Assembly (NCBI GenBank): GCA_965197745.1
Contig: CBDANS010000006.1
Span: forward strand, 1,376,001-1,440,000
Direction of reading: 5' to 3'
DNA: 64,000 nucleotides
From: Opitutales bacterium
GTDB taxonomy: Bacteria; Verrucomicrobiota; Verrucomicrobiia; Opitutales; PNEW01
The notes under the pieces are model-generated. The model was given only the letters and a program-made list of their open reading frames with translations. It searched no databases and had not been told where the DNA came from. Of the stretch, positions 50,076 through 60,885 are shown piece by piece (position 1 is the first letter of the stretch; every line of letters starts with the position of its first letter). Position numbers and translations under genes: made by a program.

Positions 50076-50522
50076 TTAAATTTTCTTTATGAAATGAACG
50101 AGTCGCAGATTTTCACGAAAACCCAAAGCTTTGTGCGCTGCGACACTAGTGACATTTTCAAGCTCAGCGTCGCTTGCCAGTTCGCTGAATCCTTTTTCTT
50201 TAACCCATTTTTCCGCTGACTCCACTAATTTTCGTCCAATTCCCTGGCCTCTATATTGGGTGTCAACATACCACCCTTCGAGATAGCCGACATGTGAGGA
50301 AAGAGAGCCGTCCACTCTTGATCTGATGGATAGCTCAGCAAATCCCCGTGGTTTATTTTTCGTGTCGAGAAAAAACAAAACGGTCTTTGTCTCAGGTTTA
50401 GCCAGGTATTCATTCATTTCAACAGCGTGCATTTCATCGCTGCACTCTGGCCATAAAGCTTTACGCATACGTCTCCATGCGTCCCAATCCCCTTTTATGT
50501 AAGGTCTAATTTCCACAGCCAA
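50076..50522 (-). CDS. GNAT acetyltransferase, AAC(6')-I-like
   Basis: MRKALWP, GFAELSIR, YLEGWYV, RGQGIG, ELASDA, AAHKALGF. Confidence 0.85.
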   Translation of the reverse strand: MAVEIRPYIKGDWDAWRRMRKALWPECSDEMHAVEMNEYLAKPETKTVLFFLDTKNKPRGFAELSIRSRVDGSLSSHVGYLEGWYVDTQYRGQGIGRKLVESAEKWVKEKGFSELASDAELENVTSVAAHKALGFRENLRLVHFIKKI

Positions 50523-50553
50523 TGGGCTACAATAGCGGTGCAGATCGGCATCT

Positions 50554-51339
50554 TTATACTAAGTAATTACTGGGTATACGGGTGCGTTCGTATAGGGCTT
50601 CAGGAATGCGATTGAGAATTGATTCGGGAATCTCACCGGACCAATTATGCGGCACCGTTTTGGGCCGCCGATTCCAAAACAATAACAGGGTGCGACGATG
50701 ATCACTGTTATTGCTGTGTGCTGCATGTAACATCCTTCCCTCGGCAATGACAAGAGAGCCGGCTTTAACCGGGACATCGATGGCTTCAGGATGGTCGCAG
50801 AACATGTCAGGATCCTGTTGGTCTACATTATGGGCTCCTTCGGCATGGGGCGGAATTAATCGATCATGGAGATCAATGCGTTTCAGGTGGGTGCCGGGTA
50901 TGACGCGAAGACAGCCGTTCTCAACCCTGGTCTCCACGAGGTAATAGGAAAAGAACAAATACTGTGGCCAGGGTGCGGCACTTATGGGGTCATTCCAATC
51001 CCCCCAATCCTGATGCCAATACAGCGCCGGACCACCCGGGGGCTTACTGAGAACAATTAGCGTTTCATCTGGCTTAAAATCGCCCAGCCCCAGTGCTTCT
51101 ATTGCGACGTACGCGGGCTGCCAGTGAATCAGCCGGTCGATCACGGGTTCGTCACTGGCATTCACGCGAAGATCCGACCCCTGGTACTTCCAGTGTGCGG
51201 GATGTTCAACCGCGTCAAGCATGCGATCAGTCTCCCGCCGTAGTTCGTCGAGAATGTTTTCACTCAATACATTTTCGATGATGCAGTAACCATCGGTGAT
51301 CAACTGGATCCGTTTTTCTGCTGTTTCATCAGGGTTCAT
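50554..51339 (-). CDS. PhyH family dioxygenase
   Basis: DGYC, WHQD, ENGCLRVIPGTH, LHAAHSN...RR. Confidence 0.92.
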   Translation of the reverse strand: MNPDETAEKRIQLITDGYCIIENVLSENILDELRRETDRMLDAVEHPAHWKYQGSDLRVNASDEPVIDRLIHWQPAYVAIEALGLGDFKPDETLIVLSKPPGGPALYWHQDWGDWNDPISAAPWPQYLFFSYYLVETRVENGCLRVIPGTHLKRIDLHDRLIPPHAEGAHNVDQQDPDMFCDHPEAIDVPVKAGSLVIAEGRMLHAAHSNNSDHRRTLLLFWNRRPKTVPHNWSGEIPESILNRIPEALYERTRIPSNYLV

Positions 51340-51568
51340 GCGGGAATGCTTTATTTCTTAAGGTTCCAGTTAATAAAGCAAAGGACCAGACAATTGTAAA
51401 TAATTTGTAAGGTATTTATCAATAAAGTGTTAAAGGTGCAACCGGGGGGTTTAATGATTTGCTAATAAGGTGAAGATATACTATAAATGAATCTAATACA
51501 CTATTAATAGAGCTGCACATTTAGAAGATAAATAATTTTCACGAGATAAGATAAATGGAGAGAAAACG

Positions 51569-52156
51569 ATGAACAGAACAAACGACACAATGATAATCTG
51601 GCCTTTCGGTCTTCGAAAGGAATATACCTCCCGTCTTGGTGTGGCCGGCATGGGTGTTGTGAATGGACCCAAAAAAGGGGACAACATCAATTCATATGAA
51701 ATCTCATATGCAGATAGAAGCAAAGACTGGGATGATCCTTATGTAGAAAAACTCAGGGATCTGGCGTTGTCTTACTGGTTGGGATCGGAATATGACATTG
51801 CGTTAATCAAGATAGAAAAATTAAGCTCAACTATCGAACCGGTTACCAGTGTATACCATGTTTTTGACGCGCTCACGCATACTGCTTTAAAACTAAAGTA
51901 TGACTTCGACTGGAACGATGCGAGGTCTTGCCACCTATCATTAAATTCGGTCGATTATTCGATACTAATTCCTTTTCTCTTAACCTACTATAACGGTGTC
52001 TTTATCGATGACACGATGCTGGGTGAAAGTTGGGTGAATTATCACCGAATAATTACCAAAAGCATCCCACCTAAAATTAAAATACATCAAAAAGGGAAGA
52101 AGGATTTAAGATTTCTACAATCAGAAACATGTAAATACGCCCTGGAAAAAGAATAG
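51569..52156 (+). CDS. Hypothetical protein
   Basis: 195-aa AT-rich ORF with GGAGAG upstream; no motif recognised. Confidence 0.5.
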   Translation: MNRTNDTMIIWPFGLRKEYTSRLGVAGMGVVNGPKKGDNINSYEISYADRSKDWDDPYVEKLRDLALSYWLGSEYDIALIKIEKLSSTIEPVTSVYHVFDALTHTALKLKYDFDWNDARSCHLSLNSVDYSILIPFLLTYYNGVFIDDTMLGESWVNYHRIITKSIPPKIKIHQKGKKDLRFLQSETCKYALEKE

Positions 52157-52224
52157 ACAATTTTACTATCACCTAAAATAAATGATTGTTCAACAAACCG
52201 ACTTTTTAATACTTGTAGTTCGCA

Positions 52225-52692
52225 ATGAAAAATTCCCAAAAATTTGGGGAGATGCTAGCCTTTACCCTGGTAGAAATGATGATTGCTGTCGTCATCGTCG
52301 GTCTATTGGCATCGTTTGCGATTCCCGCGTTTAGAAGAGCGAATACAAAGTCTATGAATTCCCGCCTTCTCAATGATTATCGAATTCATGCCGAAGCATT
52401 CAAGCGCTATGCCCTGGAAACTGGTAACTACCCACCCGATGGGGGATTTGGTTCCATGCCAGCAGGTATGGATGAATATTTACCCTCCACATGGCTAGAC
52501 TCACCCGCGGGCGGTCAGTGGATTTGGGATTATAACCAATGGGGCATCACCGCAGGAATAAGTATTCGCAATCCCAGTGTCGGAACCCAACAAATGGCGT
52601 TGCTCGATGCACAACTGGATGACGGCGATCTCGCGACAGGATATTTCCGAAAGGTTAATGCAGATCGTTTCACTCTTGTAATCGAGGAGTAA
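52225..52692 (+). CDS. Prepilin-type N-terminal cleavage/methylation domain protein (pseudopilin)
   Basis: AFTLVEMMIAVVIVGLLASFAIP. Confidence 0.9.
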   Translation: MKNSQKFGEMLAFTLVEMMIAVVIVGLLASFAIPAFRRANTKSMNSRLLNDYRIHAEAFKRYALETGNYPPDGGFGSMPAGMDEYLPSTWLDSPAGGQWIWDYNQWGITAGISIRNPSVGTQQMALLDAQLDDGDLATGYFRKVNADRFTLVIEE

Positions 52693-52710
52693 GGCTCGAG
52701 ATCATTAACC

Positions 52711-55350
52711 TTATTGCAAAGCGCGCATTCTTATTTTCACGCAGCGCTCGTCTTCCTGGTGGTTGACTTTAAGGCGTTTCATTACAATCGAGCTTAGATC
52801 CGGGTGCTCATCTATAAACTGTTTGATTTGTTTCACGCTTTGATCGGAACAGAGCGTCGGGGTTAAATAACGAGCATAACTGGAGGTAAAAACATCGGGT
52901 TTGTGTTCGATGAGGAGCAAAAGATTGTTGAAAATATCGTGGGTAAATTGCTGGTGGAGAGTTTCCTGCTCAAAGGGAAAAAGATGCGTCATCACGACAC
53001 GAGCGCGTGCCATGGGAAGTGGAGAATCCAAATTCAAAAGTTTATCTATCCATTCCTCTTTGATCCCATTATCCGGTTGTACCACTAAAGCGGCTAAGGA
53101 TGACTTTTTACCTTTTTCCGAACCGTCTTTTTCAAGTTCAGCGAGACGAAGCGCTTCGGCTGTCGGATAACGATGTTTATTAAGGTGAATAACAATGTTC
53201 CAACGGCGATCCTGGTCGAGAGTATATTTTTTAAGTTTTAAATTGCCGTTGAGTAATGACTCCAACCGTGTGAGAGCCTCTGATGATCGGGCCATGCTGG
53301 TATAAGTATCCAGCCATAATTTTTGAAAATCTGATTTACCTTTAGCGGCGGTTAATTTTGACCAAAGGAAACTCTCACTCATCTCAATATACGCTTGTCT
53401 TTTGGCAATATCTTCCGGGGAACATTTTGGGAGGAAATATAGGGCGGCCTTCATACGATCCGCGGTTCGCGTCGCTATTTTGATATCCCTCTCATTTGAT
53501 AAATGTTCAAACATGATGGAGATATAGTCCCAAATCGATATTTCCAACGCTCGCACCATGTCCCAGAGGGATTGCCAAAACATCATGCGGACAAATGGAT
53601 CTTTGATTACGGACAGGTATGACTCGGCAGCCTGTAGCGTTGCGTTATCGAGCTGGACGTTGATAAAATCATAGTCACCGTGATTGGGATAAATTAGTAA
53701 TGGACAATTTTTTTGATGAAGTTGAAGAACGGGAGTTTCATCTGCTGAATAGATGACAGGGATGGATTGATTCAAAACGATCTTTCCGTCTTGAAGGGAA
53801 TACAGTCCCACCAGTGTTTTATGCTCTCGTAACCGCGGATAATTCGGTTGCGCTGTCTGCTTGAGGGTAAATGTCGTAATTTTATTATCGATGCACGTAA
53901 GCTCAGCCTTAAGATTGTTATGGTTAGAAGTTTTTAACCATGAATTGGTCCAAACCTTAAGATTTTTTCCCGAAGCATGGGACAGAGAATTTATAAAGTC
54001 GGCCATCACCGTATTTTTGAACGCATAATTTTTAAAATAATGCCGCACACCCTCCCTGAAATTCACAGGGCCCAAAAGGTGAGAGAGTTGTTTTAAAGCC
54101 GAAGCGCCTTTACCATAGGTGATGCCGTCAAAATTGGCGAATCCCTGTTGCGTGTCTGGGACTTCAGCGACAATGGGATGTGTGGTGACGAGGCGATCTT
54201 CCCAATAAGCCCATTGTTTAGTGCGATTATAAAATGTCTGCCACGCTAATTTAAATTCTGTCGCTTCAGCAAGGGCAAGGGAGGCCATATAGGTTGCGAA
54301 ACTTTCATTGAGCCACAAGTCATCCCACCATTTCATCGTTACCAGATTACCAAACCACATATGGGCCATTTCATGTAGAATGGTATTAGCTCTTCGTTCA
54401 CGCTGATTGTAAGTTGGCGTCCCTTTTGGCATATAGCTTTCATTAAAGGTCACCGCGCCGGTATTTTCCATCGCCCCGGCATTAAAGTCGGGGACAATCA
54501 ATTGATCGTATTTTCCAAAGGGGTAAGGGGTGTCGAAGTAATTTTGAAAAAAGTCGAAACCCTGTTTCGTGATTAAAAACCATTCATTTACATTCATGTA
54601 CTTGGCAAACGATTGACGGGAGAAAATCCTTAAGGGAATATTCCCTGCTTGGGATTTCCAGACCCTATAAGGACCGGCATGAAGGGAGAAAATATAAGTG
54701 CTGAATACTTCGCTTCTGGGAAAGATCCACTGTTTGCGTTGTAAAGGAATTTTATTTATTTCCGATTCCCGGTTTGAAGTCACAACCTTCCAATTCTCAG
54801 GAACCTCAACTTTCAATGCGTAACTGGCCTTAATGTCCGGTTGATCGAAACAGGGGAAGAGCAAATTGGCATCATAGGGTTCAAAGTCGGTATAAAGATA
54901 AACATTTTCATCTTCCGGATCTTTAAATCGATAGAGCCCGGAACCCGATTTACTATAGGGGTGCTGATACTCAACGGAAATAACATTGGTTCCCTTCCGT
55001 AACCATTGGGGTGCAATCGCAATAAAATAATTATTATAGGAAAAATTCTCGAACGGTTGCCTGTTTAAATTAAGGGTAATGATACTACCGCCTTCAAAGT
55101 CGATAGTGAGCGGGGCGTTATTATCATTTAATTCAAAAAAAATAATAACATTTCCTGAAAAATCTTTTTCTACTCGATCAAGTGAAAGCGAAAGTTCATA
55201 GCGCACGTTGCTGACAATCTTCGCTCGTTGCTCAGCGTCTATTTTTGTGAGGCCTCGGATCGCTTCTCGTGCGGATAATCCCTGTCCGGCAATGAATAGG
55301 GTAATAGCGACGGTTAAGAAGACGGATAGTTTCAGCGAATCTTTCCCCAT
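52711..55350 (-). CDS. pepN: Aminopeptidase N (M1)
   Basis: GAMEN, HEMAHMWFG...WLNESFA, YGKG; signal peptide. Confidence 0.95.
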   Translation of the reverse strand: MGKDSLKLSVFLTVAITLFIAGQGLSAREAIRGLTKIDAEQRAKIVSNVRYELSLSLDRVEKDFSGNVIIFFELNDNNAPLTIDFEGGSIITLNLNRQPFENFSYNNYFIAIAPQWLRKGTNVISVEYQHPYSKSGSGLYRFKDPEDENVYLYTDFEPYDANLLFPCFDQPDIKASYALKVEVPENWKVVTSNRESEINKIPLQRKQWIFPRSEVFSTYIFSLHAGPYRVWKSQAGNIPLRIFSRQSFAKYMNVNEWFLITKQGFDFFQNYFDTPYPFGKYDQLIVPDFNAGAMENTGAVTFNESYMPKGTPTYNQRERRANTILHEMAHMWFGNLVTMKWWDDLWLNESFATYMASLALAEATEFKLAWQTFYNRTKQWAYWEDRLVTTHPIVAEVPDTQQGFANFDGITYGKGASALKQLSHLLGPVNFREGVRHYFKNYAFKNTVMADFINSLSHASGKNLKVWTNSWLKTSNHNNLKAELTCIDNKITTFTLKQTAQPNYPRLREHKTLVGLYSLQDGKIVLNQSIPVIYSADETPVLQLHQKNCPLLIYPNHGDYDFINVQLDNATLQAAESYLSVIKDPFVRMMFWQSLWDMVRALEISIWDYISIMFEHLSNERDIKIATRTADRMKAALYFLPKCSPEDIAKRQAYIEMSESFLWSKLTAAKGKSDFQKLWLDTYTSMARSSEALTRLESLLNGNLKLKKYTLDQDRRWNIVIHLNKHRYPTAEALRLAELEKDGSEKGKKSSLAALVVQPDNGIKEEWIDKLLNLDSPLPMARARVVMTHLFPFEQETLHQQFTHDIFNNLLLLIEHKPDVFTSSYARYLTPTLCSDQSVKQIKQFIDEHPDLSSIVMKRLKVNHQEDERCVKIRMRALQ

Positions 55351-55455
55351 GTCCGTAGTGTTAAATTTCCGGGTATCCTGATGGCAAGTGAAGGGATAGG
55401 GTATAATGAGGATGCTACCGACAGAAACCTAAGTCTATAGCGTAGGTAGTGCCAT

Positions 55456-55830
55456 TCACTTGCGAAGTGAATAGACCGGGGATTCTTTTGCCGTGTCTGC
55501 AAGTTTTTGCGTCGTTCGCTTCAGACGTGCAGTCAAAGTCTTGATAATGGCTAAACCGACATCCGGATTTTCCTGAATAAGCTTTCGCATATCGTCAGCC
55601 ACGACGTGGACAACCTTACTGGGTTCTTTTGCTTTTACGGTACAGGTCCGCGGTTCACCAAGAAAGTCACCCATCTCGCCAAAGATGGTGCCTGGATGCT
55701 TGAGCACGCTGAGTAGTATGCCATCTTTGATAACTTCCAGATTTCCCGACTCGAGGATATAAAAACCCCCGTCCGTTTGTCCCTGTTCAATGATAACCTG
55801 CCCCGGCGAAACTTCTAAATATTCTTCCAT
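55456..55830 (-). CDS. Cyclic-nucleotide-binding domain protein
   Basis: IIEQG, FYILESG, FGEMG...PRTCTV. Confidence 0.9.
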   Translation of the reverse strand: MEEYLEVSPGQVIIEQGQTDGGFYILESGNLEVIKDGILLSVLKHPGTIFGEMGDFLGEPRTCTVKAKEPSKVVHVVADDMRKLIQENPDVGLAIIKTLTARLKRTTQKLADTAKESPVYSLRK

Positions 55831-56134
55831 GGATCCTTATTCCTGTGATTAATCGGTGAGAACTAAATCAGAAAGTCAAACTTTACCTTAAAATTTATTT
55901 TTGATTTTGCCCTTTTGGCAAGCTTAGTCTTATTGACACATCCCAGGGGGTCAATTCTCTGCCAAGGGAACATTGTCCTTACGCTGGATACTTAATCATA
56001 TATACAGGGCGCACTTACAGAGAGGGTTGGAGATAAATAAATTTTTAAAAACTGGAATTTATTTTATTTCTTTGGCTCTTATAGGTCTAATTGTTAGCGA
56101 TAAACGGTGAAAAAAATCAAATTGAGAAAGCATC

Positions 56135-58363
56135 ATGGATTTTCAATGGATTAAACCTGCGGTGATTATTTATTTTGGGGTAACCCTTCCCCTCAATGCC
56201 GCGCCACAAGATCTCGACAACTTTACCGATTTTGAAGAAGTATCAGGAGAGGGAGATGAATTCATCATTGGCGACCCTCCCAACACCATTCGTGTCATAG
56301 GCTTCACCCTCGAAGATGTGGTGAGCCCAACGCTCGCCCATTCCGGGGCGCGTGCGCTTGTCCTTACGCCGGGCAAGGAAGGGAAAATTTTATTCGAACG
56401 GGGTGTCAACCTTCTTCAATTCTATGCGGCTGAATCGACGGGTGGAGCCAGGATTGAACTTAGAGATAGAAATTTTGAAGTTCTAAGCCCGAACGGTCTG
56501 GTCATTGGTTTACCCACTACCATCAGTCCCGGTGCCAATCCTCTATTACAAAGTTTTGTCGCATACAGTGGAGATTTTACTGATGCATCGGATATGAATT
56601 TTACGAATGGAATAACTGAGATAAAAGTAGTCAATGTGAACGGTGTATTTGCGCTCGATGATCTTGGATTCACCTATGTTGAAGGACCGCCCAATAACAC
56701 GGTATATGAAGATTTTGAAAGAAGATTCAATAATCCTTTATTTGCCGATCCGACTGAATTTACTTTAGGGCAATCTCCCTATACGGCTCATTTTGCTAAC
56801 GGCTTCGTGGGAACTTCGGGAAGGGAGTCATTTAACCACACCTTTCCAGCAGTCATATTGATCCCCAATGAATTCGTGAGTGGGGGCGGGTGGATTATCA
56901 GTGATAATAGTGTAGGGACAATTACCTTTGAAACGCCAGCTGCTCAGGTTCAATTTTATGCCGCTGTTGTCGTTGAAGGTGAAGGAGAGATTAATGTCTT
57001 TGATACAAATGATAACCTGATTACTTCGACAAGGGAAATCCCGAGAAATATTGAAATAACTTCTGTTGTTCCATTCACCTTTTTTGATTTTAATGCCGCG
57101 GAACTGGGTGCTCCAAACGGGATTGGAAAAGTTACCTACCACAGAAATCCGGGAATGGTAACGGGGCAAGGTGATATAGACGATATTGTTATTGATGACA
57201 TTGGGTTTACTCCCATCGGTGCCCCGGGAAGCGGGACCGAGGGTCCCATCCCCTCAGAAGCTCCCTCGATCATTACTCAACCCATAAGCCAGGAAGTGCA
57301 GTCCGGCACCGCTCTAGTCTTGTCAGTAACCGCAACTGGAGATGACTTGAGTTACCAGTGGTATGAAGGTAACAGCGGTGACGTCACTAATCCCATTGCT
57401 GGCGCCACAGACGGGACGATCGACACCGGTATTCTTACCGAGAGCAGGAATTTCTGGGTAGCGGTTACTGGCACAGGTGGTAGCGCTGACAGCGATACCG
57501 CGGTCATCACGGTTGCAGTTCCTTCCGTGCCCCTCGTCCTCGATGGTGCGGGCGATATTGCCGGTGAAAATATCCAGCACCCTAATGGTAATATATTCGA
57601 CCAGGTACTGCTAACAGGAGAAACGATTCAGCTTCAGGCCAGACCGGGACAGATCACACGGGTCTCCTTTATGGATGAAGACGAAGACATCGTGCAGGTA
57701 GAGTTCTCAGGAGCAGGGACCTTTACTGTTACCTTGGACCCGGCCACCTTCCTACCCCCTGCGTTGCCCCCTCGCTACAATCAGGAAGTGTCCTATGTGA
57801 CCGGTAAACCGAGCTTGGTAATCGATGGCGCCGACGACACGACTTTTTTCAGTATCTTCACCGTAGGATCGATTAATGCCGTAAACCAGGCCCTCTTCCC
57901 CGAAGGGCAGGTCTATGATGCCCAGGCCGACGTCACCCTCGTGGAAGTAATCAACTCCACCGGAATGGGTGGCATGCAACTGGCGAATACGGTATTCAGC
58001 GGAGACACAGGGAAGGTAGGCATAGATGCCCGCGGAGTGCCGATAGCAGTACGTTTAACGATAGGTGACATCGACGCCAGTGGCGATGCAGTACCTCATC
58101 TGTTGTTTGGAGAAGATTCCTTTACAGTACCTGCGGGCAATCAGGGACTGCGCATTACTGGAGGAGATTTTGCGCAGGCGAACGGAGCTTCAATCATTGT
58201 CGCGGAGGGTGGATCGACGACCCTTGGGTTTGAAACTCTATTCTCTCAGAATAATTTTAAGTCAGATGGAACAGATCAACCCACACAGAGCATAGACGCG
58301 ACTTTTAGAAATGAGGATGGAGATGAAATTACGGTCTCTGTGATTGAGGTGACGATCAATTAA
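56135..58363 (+). CDS. Acidic Ig-domain surface protein (intact paralog)
   Basis: Signal peptide, two repeated beta domains, Ig domain (PSIITQP...LSYQWY), C-terminal domain starting GENIQHPNGNIFDQVLLTG. Confidence 0.88.
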   Translation: MDFQWIKPAVIIYFGVTLPLNAAPQDLDNFTDFEEVSGEGDEFIIGDPPNTIRVIGFTLEDVVSPTLAHSGARALVLTPGKEGKILFERGVNLLQFYAAESTGGARIELRDRNFEVLSPNGLVIGLPTTISPGANPLLQSFVAYSGDFTDASDMNFTNGITEIKVVNVNGVFALDDLGFTYVEGPPNNTVYEDFERRFNNPLFADPTEFTLGQSPYTAHFANGFVGTSGRESFNHTFPAVILIPNEFVSGGGWIISDNSVGTITFETPAAQVQFYAAVVVEGEGEINVFDTNDNLITSTREIPRNIEITSVVPFTFFDFNAAELGAPNGIGKVTYHRNPGMVTGQGDIDDIVIDDIGFTPIGAPGSGTEGPIPSEAPSIITQPISQEVQSGTALVLSVTATGDDLSYQWYEGNSGDVTNPIAGATDGTIDTGILTESRNFWVAVTGTGGSADSDTAVITVAVPSVPLVLDGAGDIAGENIQHPNGNIFDQVLLTGETIQLQARPGQITRVSFMDEDEDIVQVEFSGAGTFTVTLDPATFLPPALPPRYNQEVSYVTGKPSLVIDGADDTTFFSIFTVGSINAVNQALFPEGQVYDAQADVTLVEVINSTGMGGMQLANTVFSGDTGKVGIDARGVPIAVRLTIGDIDASGDAVPHLLFGEDSFTVPAGNQGLRITGGDFAQANGASIIVAEGGSTTLGFETLFSQNNFKSDGTDQPTQSIDATFRNEDGDEITVSVIEVTIN

Positions 58364-58386
58364 TCACACATCTGAAAAAGGATTTT

Positions 58387-58923
58387 TTACGTGTATCGCA
58401 GTGCTAAGGCGATAACCGTGGCCCAGCCCAGAACCTTGAACTTGCCGGCTGAAAGAGCGGCTTCCACTTCGGAACGACTGAGTCTTTGAAGTTCCTGTTC
58501 TTCCAGATCATCTGAGTTAGATTCAGACACCTGGCGCGCTTCACGGGCAAGAAAAAGATGGGCAATGCCAGCACCTCGATTGCCGTCCACGATATAATCT
58601 CCCAGATGAATCCAATCCCCTGCTACATACCCGGTCTCTTCCAGGAGCTCCCGTTGTGCGGCGGTAAGGGAGTCTTCACCCGGTTCCAGGTATCCTCCCA
58701 CCGGTGCAAGCGTTATTCCCTCCACACTGTATTTAGTCTGACGGAAGCAAAGATACTCACCTTTTTCGGTTACCGCGGCAATATTTACGTAGTCGGGAGT
58801 GATAATCCAGGGCCAATCATCAATCACTTTACCGTCGGGTAACTCAACTGCGTGATTTTCGACAAGTAAATAACTGCTGTGATTCAAGATAGTTTCTCGG
58901 GAGAGCGTTTTCCAGGGTTTCAC
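58387..58923 (-). CDS. NUDIX hydrolase
   Basis: GGYLEPGEDSLTAAQRELLEETGY Nudix box. Confidence 0.93.
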   Translation of the reverse strand: MKPWKTLSRETILNHSSYLLVENHAVELPDGKVIDDWPWIITPDYVNIAAVTEKGEYLCFRQTKYSVEGITLAPVGGYLEPGEDSLTAAQRELLEETGYVAGDWIHLGDYIVDGNRGAGIAHLFLAREARQVSESNSDDLEEQELQRLSRSEVEAALSAGKFKVLGWATVIALALRYT

Positions 58924-59039
58924 AGGGTCGAAGTTCCTTGCTTAAATTATATTAAGATCATGCGATTTTTTTAATAGGTGATTAATCCCTATTTAACAAT
59001 AATACAAACGCGGACGAGGCCCTTAATTACGAAATAAAT

Positions 59040-59185
59040 GGTGGAGCGGGCTACCTGTCACGCCGTAGTCCCGCCACCGCGGGACGGGAATACGGTTGAT
59101 CCCAGCCCGCTTCTTTTTTATTACTTATCCGAAAACGTGGTAGGGACACGATTCGACTGAGCTCGTCGCAGGCCGCGTTCCTCCT
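59040..59185. repeat. Inverted pair of GTGG-REPs, both filled
   Basis: Inserts at 59054-59099 and 59149-59172. Confidence 0.85.
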
Positions 59186-59329
59186 GGCATTCTCATGGAA
59201 ATATGCCACACGTCCAACAACCTTAACCCTTAGCCAACTATTTCAATTTACGGAGAAATATATGTTGCAGGATGGAATAGAGTTTTGTATTGGCTATACG
59301 AATTCTAAAAATTAACTAATACAACACTT

Positions 59330-60061
59330 ATGAGTAGCGAGACATTCATCCAGGCATTACAATCAGAAATCGATAAAAGACACCTGTTAAAGCACCCGTT
59401 TTATCAAATGTGGAATCGTGGAACATTACCCATAGAGGTGATGAGAAAATATGCTGAACAGTACTACCATTTAGAAAAGAATTTTCCGACATTCTTAAGT
59501 CGAATGCATGCAGCTTGTGCCAATGATGAATTCGAGGTGCGTCAGGCTATCACTGATAATCTCTATGATGAAGAACACGGCCCTGAAAATCACCGTGAAT
59601 TGTGGCTGCGATTTGGAGAGGGGATTGGCGCGACACGCACCGATATGCAGGGTTCAGTGCCATTGGCTGAAACCCAGGCGGCTATTGATACCTTTAGTGA
59701 GTTGGCCTCCAATTCATACCTGGAGGGTGTCGGCGCATTGGCTGCTTACGAATCACAAATTCCTGCAGTCGCTGAGACGAAACTGGATGGATTGGAAAAT
59801 AATTACCAGATGACAGATGAGCGAAGCCAAAGGTTTTTCAAGGTTCACGGCATCATGGATATCGAGCACGCAAATTCCTGGTGGGACATTATTCGAAAGC
59901 ACGCGGACAACGAGGAGAAGGAAAATAAGGTGACCGAAGCAGTGAAGAGAGGGAGAGACGCGCTCTGGAGTTTTCTCGACGGAGTCAGCCGCACTTATAT
60001 GCCAGAAGAAGAGCAGGAAGAAATGGAATTGCTCTATGCAGAGGTGGCTCCACCCGCCTGA
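59330..60061 (+). CDS. CADD-family heme-oxygenase-like dimetal oxidase (putative pABA synthase)
   Basis: HPFY..W, YAEQYY, DEEHG..NH, YESQ, ETKL, H...D..H match Chlamydia CT610/CADD motifs; immediately upstream of folP-folK. Confidence 0.9.
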   Translation: MSSETFIQALQSEIDKRHLLKHPFYQMWNRGTLPIEVMRKYAEQYYHLEKNFPTFLSRMHAACANDEFEVRQAITDNLYDEEHGPENHRELWLRFGEGIGATRTDMQGSVPLAETQAAIDTFSELASNSYLEGVGALAAYESQIPAVAETKLDGLENNYQMTDERSQRFFKVHGIMDIEHANSWWDIIRKHADNEEKENKVTEAVKRGRDALWSFLDGVSRTYMPEEEQEEMELLYAEVAPPA

Positions 60062-60067
60062 TCGCAT

Positions 60068-60880
60068 TTGAAGTTTAAAAAAAACAAAACAGTAATCATG
60101 GGGGTGCTAAATGTCACCCCCGATTCATTTTCAGATGGCGGCCAGTTTTTTACGGTTGAAGATGCCATTACGAGGGCGAAGCAGCTTGTAGAAGAGGGTG
60201 CCGACATCATAGATGTCGGAGGAGAAAGCACGCGACCCGGTTCGGATCCGGTCACCACAGAGGAGGAACTCAGCCGTGTGGTCCCGGTAATTGAGCAATT
60301 GGCAAAGGATATTAAAGTACCGGTTTCGATCGATACCTATGAACCGGTTGTCGCGGAAAAATGTATCAGTCGCGGCGCAAAGATGATTAATGATATAAGC
60401 GGCTTGCGTCATGAGGATGGGAGGATGATGCATGTTGCCGCAGAGCATCGCGTGCCCATCTGCATTGTTCACATGCAGGGGTTACCGAAGACCATGCAGC
60501 AGGAACCCCATTACGATGATGTGATTACAGATATTAAACAATTTTTCAGTGAGCGTGTGGATGCCGCTCAGTCGGCTGGGATACAAATTGAAAATATCAT
60601 TCTCGATCCGGGTATAGGCTTTGGTAAAACCCTGGAACATAACTTAACGATTTTAAGGCGATTGCACGAACTTACTGATCTTGGATTGCCACTCCTGATC
60701 GGAACCTCGCGTAAGTCGTTTATTGGAAAAATCAGCGACCTTGATGCAGACCAACGTTTGGAGGGCACTATTGCTTCAAATGTAATAGCGGTATTGAACG
60801 GCGCTCAAATTGTGCGCGTTCACGATGTGCGTGAGCATAAACGCGCTTTCGAAATCATTGATGCCATCAGAGCGGCATAA
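60068..60880 (+). CDS. folP: Dihydropteroate synthase
   Basis: MGVLNVTPDSFSDGG, GGESTRPG, DPGIGFGK, SRKSF, RVHDV. Confidence 0.97.
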   Translation: MKFKKNKTVIMGVLNVTPDSFSDGGQFFTVEDAITRAKQLVEEGADIIDVGGESTRPGSDPVTTEEELSRVVPVIEQLAKDIKVPVSIDTYEPVVAEKCISRGAKMINDISGLRHEDGRMMHVAAEHRVPICIVHMQGLPKTMQQEPHYDDVITDIKQFFSERVDAAQSAGIQIENIILDPGIGFGKTLEHNLTILRRLHELTDLGLPLLIGTSRKSFIGKISDLDADQRLEGTIASNVIAVLNGAQIVRVHDVREHKRAFEIIDAIRAA

Positions 60881-60885
60881 TAATA

